A stretch of DNA of 64,000 nucleotides from an uncultured Bdellovibrionales bacterium. Its GTDB lineage: Bacteria > Bdellovibrionota_C > UBA2361 > SZUA-149 > CALKYB01. The notes beneath the pieces are model-generated. The model was given only the letters and a program-made list of their open reading frames with translations, searched no databases and had not been told where the DNA came from. Position 1 is the first letter of the stretch; each line of letters starts with the position of its first letter. The position numbers and the translations under genes are program-made. This document shows, piece by piece, positions 23,861 through 32,455 of the stretch. The stretch lies in NCBI GenBank assembly GCA_964510575.1, contig CAZECN010000005.1:18518-82517 (forward strand), in the 5' to 3' direction.

Positions 23861-25546
23861 GTGAAAGAATACTTTGTTTGCTCGGCGTTAGCCGTTTTTT
23901 GTTTCTATACACTTGTTCCGCTGTGCTATTTTCCTGATGTGTTTCAAGTTTCTGAAGCACGAGAGGGAGTCGTAGTTCAGGAAATTGTTCGTACCGGAAA
24001 TCACTTACTTCCTCTTCGTCACGGAACTATTGTTCCTTCAAAACCTCCTCTTTTTCACTGGTTAGGTAGTCTTGGCTCAGGCCTTGCGGACTTATCTCCT
24101 GAGTTATTTCTTCGCCTTCCTTCACTATTGGCAGCTTGCTGCCTGGTATTCCTTTTAACTCTCTTTTGCTTCCGACTGGCTGGTTTAAATTCTGCTCTGC
24201 TAGCCGCTGGGCTAATGCTCGGGTCTTGGTCATTTATTAGGCTGGCCACGGATGGGAGGGTGGATATGTTGTTTGTATTTTTACTTAGTGTTTCTGTACT
24301 TAGTTGGAGCAGGGTTCAGTCCAACAAGGCATCTTTTGTAATGTTGGTGGTTTCAGGGTTTTCCGCTGGACTAGCCACGCTAGCGAAAGGTCCTTTGGGT
24401 TTAGTATTGCCTGGCTTGATTTTTTTTGTAGCGAACTGTTTTTCCGGTGATCGTTTAAATTTGCAATGGTTTCGTAGTGCATTTATTTGGCTTGTTTTGG
24501 CTTTGTTGGCTTGTTTACCCTGGTATTTTCAAGCATGGTTGATTGGAGGCCAACCTTTTTTAGATAGAGTCTTTTTTGAAAATGCCACTAGGTTATCAGG
24601 TGGAGAAGGTATTTCATCTAAACCCTCTTACTATTACTTAAAACATCTTTTTATTCAGCTTGGCCTAGTTTCTATTCCTGCTCTGGCTCTGATTTCGGTA
24701 TGGTTAAAAAATTGCCTTGGCCAACAAGCGGTATCTACCAAAGTTAATAAAGTAGATAAAAACACAATTACTCTAATGATTAGCTGGATAGTTATGCCTC
24801 TGATCGTCTTTAGCTTGGCCTCTGGAAAGAGAAGAGGCTACTTGCTCACACTACTGCCTCCGGTTGTTGTTTTAACCTCTGTCTTTTTGCCTACGTATCT
24901 CAAAGAATTAAAAAAGTCGAAGATGGCGAAACTGTCTTCCCAGTCAGCTTATGGGCTTTGGTGCTTGATATTTATTTTTTTATTGATCACAATTAGTAGC
25001 TCCTACCTACCCTTTAAGGGTGAAGTAGCCCTCTATTTGACGGCACTCGAACAGGCTTTCCTTGAAAACAGTTTGTTTTTTAAACTAGCGTTGTTTTTTT
25101 CAACTACCCTTTTAATTCTGACCTGCTTTTTTCAGCTGTCGGAAAAGATTAAAATATTTTCAGCCTTAATACCCCTTTGGATTGTCTTGGTTTTTATTTT
25201 GCCCTTTGCGATGAGCGCTAAATCCTACACTCACAGCTATAAAGATTTTGCTAGAGAGATTAAGAGCCTGAAGTTAGGAGAAGAGGCTTTGTTTTTTATG
25301 AAAGAGCCTTGGGTGGAGTCTTATGAAAGCCTCTTTTTTTACTTTCCGCAGAGGGTTCAACTAGCTGACCCCAATCAAACTCCTGATGCCCCTGGATACT
25401 ATTTAATAGGGCTGATCGACTACCAGAAGCTTTTCAGTGAAGAAAACTTGAAATCGAAAATTATAGCTAAGGGTGGACGTCTAACCGATCAACCAAATGA
25501 AGCGTTGGTTCTTTTGGATAACACTAGTTCTTTGCTGAAACCCTGA
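23861..25546 (+). CDS. ArnT/PMT-like (GT39/GT83) polytopic glycosyltransferase
   Basis: 561 aa, more than 10 TM helices. The N-terminal loop SEAREGVVVQEIVRTGNHLLPLRHGTIVPSKPPLFHWL matches the ArnT/PMT DE..(R/Y)...E...G.W..P......KPPL motif. GTG start. Confidence 0.8.
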   Translation: MKEYFVCSALAVFCFYTLVPLCYFPDVFQVSEAREGVVVQEIVRTGNHLLPLRHGTIVPSKPPLFHWLGSLGSGLADLSPELFLRLPSLLAACCLVFLLTLFCFRLAGLNSALLAAGLMLGSWSFIRLATDGRVDMLFVFLLSVSVLSWSRVQSNKASFVMLVVSGFSAGLATLAKGPLGLVLPGLIFFVANCFSGDRLNLQWFRSAFIWLVLALLACLPWYFQAWLIGGQPFLDRVFFENATRLSGGEGISSKPSYYYLKHLFIQLGLVSIPALALISVWLKNCLGQQAVSTKVNKVDKNTITLMISWIVMPLIVFSLASGKRRGYLLTLLPPVVVLTSVFLPTYLKELKKSKMAKLSSQSAYGLWCLIFIFLLITISSSYLPFKGEVALYLTALEQAFLENSLFFKLALFFSTTLLILTCFFQLSEKIKIFSALIPLWIVLVFILPFAMSAKSYTHSYKDFAREIKSLKLGEEALFFMKEPWVESYESLFFYFPQRVQLADPNQTPDAPGYYLIGLIDYQKLFSEENLKSKIIAKGGRLTDQPNEALVLLDNTSSLLKP

Positions 25547-26306
25547 TCGTCAACCTACTTAATTGCGAAGAGGCTATCGGTAAGTCATTTCTACTCAGCT
25601 CAAATAGCCCAATTGTTTGGTTTGGTACTGATGAAGGACCTTCGGTGTGGTAACTTCTAGTCCCAGTACTTAAAGTCACTTCAATGCCGTCTATCGATTG
25701 GCCTGAATCGTTAAAAATCATAAAGGAGCCCGAGACTAAGGCTCCTTCTTGGTCGAGCTGCAAATCTTGATCTTCCAAAAGGAGGTTATGAGAGGTGTTA
25801 TTCTGAAGTTTGGCTTCTGGGTTCAGTATAACAATCGGATTTGGATTGACCCTTGGTCTTTCGACCTCAGGTTTTAGTCTACTTCTTTTTTTTGATTGTT
25901 CTGCCTCTGTGTTGGCAGCACTCTGTTTAGGTTGTTCCGATCTATTATCTACTTGGTCTTTGGTTTTTTCAGTTGAGTTTGGCTCAGTTAATTCTGGCCC
26001 AGCGGGCTTTGGAACTTCAATGTCAATTTCCTTAGTAGTCACGGGGAGGGAGTCAGTTTTAGGCGTTTGAACCTTAGAGGGAGCATCGGGGTTGATTCCG
26101 TAACCTTTCAAAAGTTTTTTAGATGAGTATGTGGAGTATGTTTTAGGAGCTAGAGCTTTTTTTCTTATCGAACCTTTTGGAGGTTTTGTGCCGTAATGAA
26201 CTCTACCATCTCTATCTTCCCAAGAATAAACCTCGGCACTGGCAGAAGTTAGTGGGAGAACGAGGAGTAGAACCAAGATAGGCGAAAAATAGTTTCTTAT
26301 CTTCAT
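25524..26306 (-). CDS. Secreted DUF4124-domain protein
   Basis: Signal peptide, then EVYSWEDRDGRVHYGTKPPKG (DUF4124 signature VYxWxDxxGxxHYxDxPP). Pro/Lys/Glu-rich linker. Confidence 0.6.
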   Translation of the reverse strand: MKIRNYFSPILVLLLVLPLTSASAEVYSWEDRDGRVHYGTKPPKGSIRKKALAPKTYSTYSSKKLLKGYGINPDAPSKVQTPKTDSLPVTTKEIDIEVPKPAGPELTEPNSTEKTKDQVDNRSEQPKQSAANTEAEQSKKRSRLKPEVERPRVNPNPIVILNPEAKLQNNTSHNLLLEDQDLQLDQEGALVSGSFMIFNDSGQSIDGIEVTLSTGTRSYHTEGPSSVPNQTIGLFELSRNDLPIASSQLSRLTIRVSAKN

Positions 26307-26507
26307 TAGACTGGTCTGTGAAAAAGATAGTATTTACGAAGTTTTTTCGGTCAACTATAGGCTTTTTGCCACTACAAATCTATTTTTCTAAAAACTAAAT
26401 TTTAGTGATGAGTTCTTAATGCTACAGGTATTGACAACTCTAGGGAATCTTAAGACTTTTATTTTTAAGTTTTCCACAGTTTGAAAATCGAAGAAGAGGG
26501 AAGGGCA

Positions 26508-27227
26508 ATGGGAAGAGTTGACGGAAGAGAACAAGACCAGCTTAGAACTGTTTCAATTAGAACAGGAGTGAACCCCTATGCTGAGGGGTCGGCTGAAATT
26601 CGCTGTGGTAACACTGTTGTTCTGACTACTGTGTCAGTTGAGGATGATGTTCCGCGCTGGATGGAGGATGCTTCTCAGGGGTGGATTACCGCGGAGTATG
26701 GAATGCTTCCTAGATCCACTCACAGCCGAATGAGAAGAGAAGCCTCTGGTGGAAAGCAATCAGGTCGAACAGTAGAGATTCAAAGGTTGATCGGACGTTC
26801 CCTCAGGCAAGCGGTGAGTTTGTCGGATATTCCTGGACTTTCCTTCAGAGTTGACTGTGACGTGTTAGCTGCTGATGGAGGTACTCGATGTGCTTCTATT
26901 ACGGGTGCTTGGGTTGCACTGGTTTCCGCTATCGATTGGTGCGTTCAACAGGGGCGATTAAAATCACGCCCTGCTATAAATCAAGTCGCTGCCCTCTCTC
27001 TTGGTGGCAAAGATGGCAAGCTTTTGCTTGACCTTTGTTATGAAGAGGACTCTTCAACGGACTTTGACTTGAACCTAGTTTTTTGTGGTTCAGATGCCTT
27101 GGTTGAAGTTCAAGGCACTGGTGAAAAAAGAGCAGTGGGGCTTAATGAATTCCCTGAGCTTTTTGATTTAGGAAAAAAGGGTATTTTGGAGCTTTTTAAA
27201 GCTCAAAGCCAGGCGTTAGAATCCTAA
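26508..27227 (+). CDS. rph: Ribonuclease PH
   Basis: GRVDGREQDQLRTVSIRTGVNPYAEGSAEIRCGNTVVL..., GGKQSGRTVEIQRLIGRSLR, CDVLAADGGTRCASITGA. Start taken at ATG 26508, with an RBS gaagagggaagg upstream; the ORF track has TTG 26481. Confidence 0.9.
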   Translation: MGRVDGREQDQLRTVSIRTGVNPYAEGSAEIRCGNTVVLTTVSVEDDVPRWMEDASQGWITAEYGMLPRSTHSRMRREASGGKQSGRTVEIQRLIGRSLRQAVSLSDIPGLSFRVDCDVLAADGGTRCASITGAWVALVSAIDWCVQQGRLKSRPAINQVAALSLGGKDGKLLLDLCYEEDSSTDFDLNLVFCGSDALVEVQGTGEKRAVGLNEFPELFDLGKKGILELFKAQSQALES

Positions 27228-27853
27228 TGTCAGCTAAGATCTTTTTTGCGACTAGCAATGATGGGAAGTTAAAAGAATTAGCTTCTATTGCTGAAGAGTT
27301 TGGACTTTCCTACCTAACGCCTAAATCGCCGGAGTTTGAGAATCGTGGACCTTGGCCAGAAGTTGAAGAAAAATACAGTACTTTTTTTGAGAATGCTCGG
27401 GAGAAGGCAGAGGCCTGGTGTAGGTGGTCAGGCTTGCCCACCGTTGCTGATGATTCTGGATTAGAAGTCTTAGCCTTGGATGGTTTCCCCGGCGTCCGCT
27501 CAGCAAGATGGGCGGGGTCTGGTGTGGGTGACTTAGAGCGCTGCCAACTTTTGCTGGAAAAAATGAAAGAGGAAGGACTCGCGGAAGATAAGGCTGATCG
27601 CCGGGCGCAGTTTAGATGCTCGCTGGTTTGTGTCTATCCAGAGTCCGAAGGACGTGACACCCTAAGTTCAGAGGGAATTTTAAAGGGCACTATTCTTAAA
27701 GAACCAAAGGGCAGCGGGGGCTTTGGTTATGATCCAATTGTGTTTATCGATAGGCTAGAACGAACCCTTGCCGAGATAGATTTTACTGAGACCCTCCAGG
27801 TAGGCTTTAGGGCCAAAGCAGCCCGAGAGCTATTTTCCCAAATGGTTGATTAA
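27227..27853 (+). CDS. rdgB: dITP/XTP pyrophosphatase RdgB (Ham1 family)
   Basis: FATSNDGKLKEL, TVADDSGLEVLALDGFPGVRSARW, GSGGFGYDPIF-type motif (GSGGFGYDPIVF). Start overlaps the rph stop. Confidence 0.9.
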   Translation: MSAKIFFATSNDGKLKELASIAEEFGLSYLTPKSPEFENRGPWPEVEEKYSTFFENAREKAEAWCRWSGLPTVADDSGLEVLALDGFPGVRSARWAGSGVGDLERCQLLLEKMKEEGLAEDKADRRAQFRCSLVCVYPESEGRDTLSSEGILKGTILKEPKGSGGFGYDPIVFIDRLERTLAEIDFTETLQVGFRAKAARELFSQMVD

Positions 27854-27947
27854 ACCTGACAAGAAAAGTGCAGAAAATCTTTCAGTTGCTTTTATTGAAT
27901 AGCGCGGTTAGTTTGCCCACCGGTCAGGGAGAGCTCTTCTCCCTTCA

Positions 27948-28024
<77 letters not shown>

Positions 28025-28089
28025 TTTTCTCCCTTGTTTCTCATATTGGCTTGGAAGCTACATTCTGGCCTTTGTTATTGATATTTTTG

Positions 28090-28599
28090 ATGCAGGAACC
28101 TCGGCCTCATGGTACTTGTTTTGCCATGTACAACCCTTGGTCCCATTCATTACTAGCAGTGTTATCACTGCTTTACTTTCTTTCTCCAGTGGATCTGGTT
28201 CCTGATAGTAGCTTGGTATTTGGTTGGATCGATGATTTGGCTATTTTGGCCATAGCCTATTATCACTGGCGGTCTGTAAATAGTGGTTATTTCTTTGCTG
28301 ATGCCTCAGAGAGTAGCAGTAAAGCCCGCAGCTATTATAGCGAGAGTGATTATAGTGAACCTAAGGAAGACAGCAATAATAAGAGGGCTTCGAAGATCAG
28401 GGTGAGCTTGCCCGGTGACCCATATTTGGTTCTAGGGCTTCAGGCTCCTGCTTCTCAATCTGAGATAAAGAGGGCTTTCAAAAGACTGGCTATTGAGAAT
28501 CATCCTGACAAGTTCACTTGCACTAACTCTAAGTCCAAAGCGCACGAGCGAATGGTTAATATTTCTAAAGCTTACTCTCGGCTTAAGAAAGTCGGTTGA
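28090..28599 (+). CDS. DUF1232 (YkvA-like) membrane domain fused to a C-terminal J domain
   Basis: LLYFLSPVDLVPDSSLVFGWIDDLAILAIAY is the DUF1232 signature. The C-terminal DPYLVLGLQAPASQSEIKRAFKRLAIENHPDK is a DnaJ J-domain with HPD. Start chosen at ATG 28090 because the 5' part of ORF 27991 overlaps the tRNA; ATG 28129 is an alternative. Confidence 0.6.
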   Translation: MQEPRPHGTCFAMYNPWSHSLLAVLSLLYFLSPVDLVPDSSLVFGWIDDLAILAIAYYHWRSVNSGYFFADASESSSKARSYYSESDYSEPKEDSNNKRASKIRVSLPGDPYLVLGLQAPASQSEIKRAFKRLAIENHPDKFTCTNSKSKAHERMVNISKAYSRLKKVG

Positions 28600-28661
28600 T
28601 TTTTCGCGTTGAAAGCCTCATAACTGCCACTTTTTTCTAACCTTACTTTATAAAGATTCCA

Positions 28662-30470
28662 GTGAATACCAACTCTCAAATCAGAAATATCGCAATCATC
28701 GCTCACGTTGACCACGGGAAAACAACGTTGGTCGACCAAATGCTAAAACAAAGCGGAACCTTCGGTCGTGGAGAAGGAGACCAAGACCGGGTAATGGACA
28801 GCGGTGAGTTGGAACGAGAAAGAGGGATTACTATATCTGCTAAAAACTGTTCAGTAGATGTTGATGGCGTAAAGGTTAACATTATCGATACTCCGGGCCA
28901 TGCCGACTTTGGTGGAGAGGTTGAGCGAGGCTTGATGATGGTTGATGGGGTGGTGCTACTAGTAGATGCCTCGGAAGGACCTTTGCCGCAGACGCGCTTT
29001 GTTCTTGAGAAAGCTCTGAAAGCTGGACTAAAAATAATAGTTCTTCTTAATAAGATCGACAGAAAAGACGCAAGGCCTTCAGAGGTGCTTGATGAAGTTT
29101 ACGATCTTTTTATTGATTTAGGAGCAAACGATCAGCAAATCGAATTTCCGGTTCTTTATGCCATTGGTAAAGACGGAATTGCTCAAAAAACTCTTGAAGA
29201 GCCAAACGATAACTTGAAGCCTCTTTTTGAGATAATTCTTAAAGAGGTTCCACCTCCCTCCGGTGATGCAGATGCGCCTCTTCAAATATTAGTTTCTAAT
29301 CTAGGTTACTCTGACTACTTGGGCAGACTTGCAATTGGTAAAGTTATAAATGGTCGAGTTAAAGTTAAAGAAACAGTTCACTGCTTAAAAGCAGGCGAAG
29401 AAGTAGTTAAAGTAAAAGTTTCTGGTGTTCAGAAATATGGTGGACTTGGTCTAGCAGACGCTGAAGTTGTTGAGGCAGGGGATATCGCCATCATTGCTGG
29501 ATCAGAAAAGGTCGATATAGGTGATACCATTGCTTCTGTTGATATTACAGAGCCTCTACCTCGAATCGAAATTGATGAACCTACGATTTCAATGTTTTTT
29601 GGAACTAACACCTCTCCTTTTGCTGGAATGGAGGGAGAGTTTGTTCAGGCCAGAAAAATAGAAGAAAGATTGCTCAAGGAAACCAGAAACAACGTAGCCT
29701 TATCTCTGGAGAAAAACGGCGAAGCTTTCACTGTAAAAGGCCGAGGTGAGTTTCAAATGGCAATTCTCGCTGAGCAAATGAGACGCGAAGGTTTTGAATT
29801 CACCATTGGCCGTCCTCAGATTATTTTCAAAGAAGAGAATGGCCAGAAGCTTGAGCCGGTAGAGAGCGTGGTGATTGATGTTGATGAGGAATACACCGGG
29901 ATTATTACTGAAAAGCTTGCTGCCAGAAAGGGTAGTGTTACAAACATAGTAAATAATGGAACTGGTAGGGTTCGATTAGAATTTAAAGTTCCTTCAAGAG
30001 GTTTAGTCGGTTACCGGGGAGAATTTCTTACAGACACTAGAGGAACCGGGCTTTTGAACGCCAGTTTAGAATCCTTTGAGCCTTATATGGGTGACATTAG
30101 TTCAAGAAGAACAGGGGGGATTATTTCTGATAGGCAAGGTGAAGCCGTTGCCTACGGACTTTTTTACCTAGAGCCGAGAGGAAAGCTTTTTGTTAGACCT
30201 GGAGATCGGGTTTATCAGGGGATGATTGTTGGAGAGCATGCCAAGGATACAGAGCTGTTTGTAAATCCAACAAAAGAGAAAAAGCTTTCTAATATGAGAG
30301 CCTCAGGTAAGGATCAAAACATTACTCTTACTCCTGTAATTCCAATGACTATTGAGAAGGCCATTGAATTCATCGAGGATGATGAAATGGTTGAGGTTAC
30401 TCCTGAGAATATTCGTCTTAGAAAAGTTGACCTCAGTGCTAAGCAGGAGCGAAAGAATAAAAAAGCTTGA
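28662..30470 (+). CDS. typA: Translational GTPase TypA/BipA
   Basis: IRNIAIIAHVDHGKTTLVD, DTPGHADFGGEVER, NKIDR. 602 aa with the TypA-specific C-terminal domain. Confidence 0.95.
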   Translation: MNTNSQIRNIAIIAHVDHGKTTLVDQMLKQSGTFGRGEGDQDRVMDSGELERERGITISAKNCSVDVDGVKVNIIDTPGHADFGGEVERGLMMVDGVVLLVDASEGPLPQTRFVLEKALKAGLKIIVLLNKIDRKDARPSEVLDEVYDLFIDLGANDQQIEFPVLYAIGKDGIAQKTLEEPNDNLKPLFEIILKEVPPPSGDADAPLQILVSNLGYSDYLGRLAIGKVINGRVKVKETVHCLKAGEEVVKVKVSGVQKYGGLGLADAEVVEAGDIAIIAGSEKVDIGDTIASVDITEPLPRIEIDEPTISMFFGTNTSPFAGMEGEFVQARKIEERLLKETRNNVALSLEKNGEAFTVKGRGEFQMAILAEQMRREGFEFTIGRPQIIFKEENGQKLEPVESVVIDVDEEYTGIITEKLAARKGSVTNIVNNGTGRVRLEFKVPSRGLVGYRGEFLTDTRGTGLLNASLESFEPYMGDISSRRTGGIISDRQGEAVAYGLFYLEPRGKLFVRPGDRVYQGMIVGEHAKDTELFVNPTKEKKLSNMRASGKDQNITLTPVIPMTIEKAIEFIEDDEMVEVTPENIRLRKVDLSAKQERKNKKA

Positions 30471-30610
30471 GCTACTAATTTACAGAAGTTTTATTAGTGG
30501 GGGGGGGTAGATCCAGTAAGCGCCGGGTTGTTTTTTGCCTAAGTTCTTTAAAAGGAGGGGGATACTTAGTTGTATCACTTTTTTACCTTCATTGCCCTCC
30601 AGTGTCTCTT

Positions 30611-30904
30611 CTAGATCGTGTTCCAGGCTAGGTAAGCTACTAAAACTGAACCGACTGCCGCTAGGGTCAAAACACCGTATATTTCGGTCGATTTTAATGC
30701 TTCTCCGGGTCCCAGATCATTTTGGATAGTTGGTTGCCAGACTAGTCCAGAAACTAGATGTATTGCAAGGGTCACTGAACTCATCTTCAGTGACTCCAGA
30801 GCTTTTTCTGTCTCTAGAGTTAAGCCATGCAACGCGACTACTGCCGTCACAATTGCTGAAGCTATCGTTAGAAGTGTCAAAAATCCGCGGTTTCGGTCGG
30901 ACAT
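30611..30904 (-). CDS. Small hypothetical membrane protein
   Basis: 97 aa with three hydrophobic helices. The overlapping plus-strand ORFs look like shadows. Confidence 0.4.
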   Translation of the reverse strand: MSDRNRGFLTLLTIASAIVTAVVALHGLTLETEKALESLKMSSVTLAIHLVSGLVWQPTIQNDLGPGEALKSTEIYGVLTLAAVGSVLVAYLAWNTI

Positions 30905-31114
30905 GTCAAATTACTCTATGTGAATGGTCACTATCAAAAACACTGATCATTCACACAAAAACCTATAAAGAGAACTCAAGTGTTCCCCCTCTTTGGTGGA
31001 GTTTAGCTAATTTTTAAGTCTTTACAAGTTTACTGGTAATCGGGCGTAATTTTTATATAATTTATTTTTAAACTGTCAGCCTGGTTAGAAAAAGTAGAAT
31101 TCAGTTCCTTAAGC

Positions 31115-32032
31115 TTAGATAAGGGTACTGCCGAGAGCTGACTCTATTAGGGATACAGCCAAATCAGCTGTTATGTTCTCTCTATCTAATTCTGGGTTCA
31201 ACTCCACTAATTCAAAACTTTTCATGAGATTTGATTCGTAAAGTAATTCCACAATTAAGTGAGCTTCTCTGAAGTTTAGGCCACCCCGTATAGGTGTTTG
31301 AGTCCCTGGAACGATCCTAGGGTCGCAGACGTCTAAGTCAAAAGATACTACAAAACCATCAGTGCCTTTCGACGCTGTTTCAATTGCTTGCTCAACGGTC
31401 TTTTGGATTCCGTTTAGATCAATGTCTTTAATAGTATGAGCAGAAATTTTATTTTCCTTGATAATTTTACGCTCACCTGGGTCAACATCTCTTAGCCCAA
31501 TGAAAGCTATGTTCTCAAGAGGGATGGGTGCTACAGGTTTAAAAGTTCCTTCTATTAGACCAGCAAGGAAAGCAACTGACATGCCAAATGCTCTTTTACT
31601 AGGGCTCGTAGCAGGAAAGTTAATATCACTATGGGTGTCGATCCAGATTAGCCCAGTTTTTTTGCCTTCCTGTTCACGTTTCTCAGAAACTGCAGCAACG
31701 CTTCCGATTGAAACCGAATGGTCACCCCCAATAATCAGAGGAAATTTCTCTTCGGTCAAAATATTAGAGACAAGAGATTTTATATTCTGGGTGGCTTGGA
31801 GTACTTCAGCTACGTCCTTAATCCCACTTTCTTCAGTGGTAAAACTATTTTTAGCTACTATCTCAGCAGCAGTCGAATTTGCATTACCGAAATCTGTTAC
31901 ATCCAGGTTTAAGCGGCTAAGCCTATCTAGGAGGTTTCTGCCTCTAACTGTGTCAGGGCCGGCAGCGCTTCCTGTAATGATTCCGCCCTTATCAAAGCTA
32001 TAGCCAGCTAGGCCAATCTTTTTAATATCCAT
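31115..32032 (-). CDS. Arginase-family (ureohydrolase) enzyme, most like arginase
   Basis: Mn-binding motifs IIGGDHSVSIG, IWIDTHSDINFPATSPSKRAFGM, SFDLDVCDP, TPIRGGLNFREAH. Confidence 0.8.
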   Translation of the reverse strand: MDIKKIGLAGYSFDKGGIITGSAAGPDTVRGRNLLDRLSRLNLDVTDFGNANSTAAEIVAKNSFTTEESGIKDVAEVLQATQNIKSLVSNILTEEKFPLIIGGDHSVSIGSVAAVSEKREQEGKKTGLIWIDTHSDINFPATSPSKRAFGMSVAFLAGLIEGTFKPVAPIPLENIAFIGLRDVDPGERKIIKENKISAHTIKDIDLNGIQKTVEQAIETASKGTDGFVVSFDLDVCDPRIVPGTQTPIRGGLNFREAHLIVELLYESNLMKSFELVELNPELDRENITADLAVSLIESALGSTLI

Positions 32033-32153
32033 ATCTTATAAGTAAATTTTTCAACTTTCCGATTCTGTTATTTTAATGTCTCTTTTGCTATTCTAGCCAG
32101 CACAATCTCGACCCATTTGAGAGTAGTTTGGAAACTTTAAAATAGGAAATTTC

Positions 32154-32441
32154 ATGTCAGATAGAACGGTTAACTGTAAGAAATTGGGTAAGGAACTTCC
32201 AGGCCTTGCAGAAGCTCCTTTTGAAGGGGAGCTGGGACAGGAGATATTGGATAATGTTTCGCAGGAGGCATGGACTCTCTGGAATGATGATATGATGATT
32301 AAGGTCATCAATGAATATCGGCTTAACCTCGCTGACCAAGAGCATCATGATGTGCTTATTAAGCAAATGAGAGCATTTCTCGGTTTGGATGAAGGTGGAG
32401 AAGGGCTGCTCCAAGTCGAAAATCCTGAACGAGGCCAGTAG
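32154..32441 (+). CDS. yggX: Fe(2+)-trafficking / oxidative-damage protection protein YggX
   Basis: MSDRTVNCKKLGKELPGLAEAPFEGELGQEILDNVSQEAWTLW...INEYRLNL matches the YggX family almost along its full length. Confidence 0.85.
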   Translation: MSDRTVNCKKLGKELPGLAEAPFEGELGQEILDNVSQEAWTLWNDDMMIKVINEYRLNLADQEHHDVLIKQMRAFLGLDEGGEGLLQVENPERGQ

Positions 32442-32455
32442 TTGCCTCTGCCTTG

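Noticed and set aside
25524-25546. 23-bp 3'-3' overlap of the convergent ArnT-like and DUF4124 genes
   Set aside because: Short convergent overlaps are common, and no antisense-regulation evidence is available from sequence.
30499-30507. G9 homopolymer downstream of typA as a phase-variation tract
   Set aside because: It lies in a convergent 3' intergenic region, not in a promoter or coding sequence, so slippage would have no obvious regulatory consequence.
31458-32003. 181-aa plus-strand ORF inside the arginase-family gene
   Set aside because: The minus-strand frame carries all ureohydrolase Mn-binding motifs, and the plus-strand product has no features.
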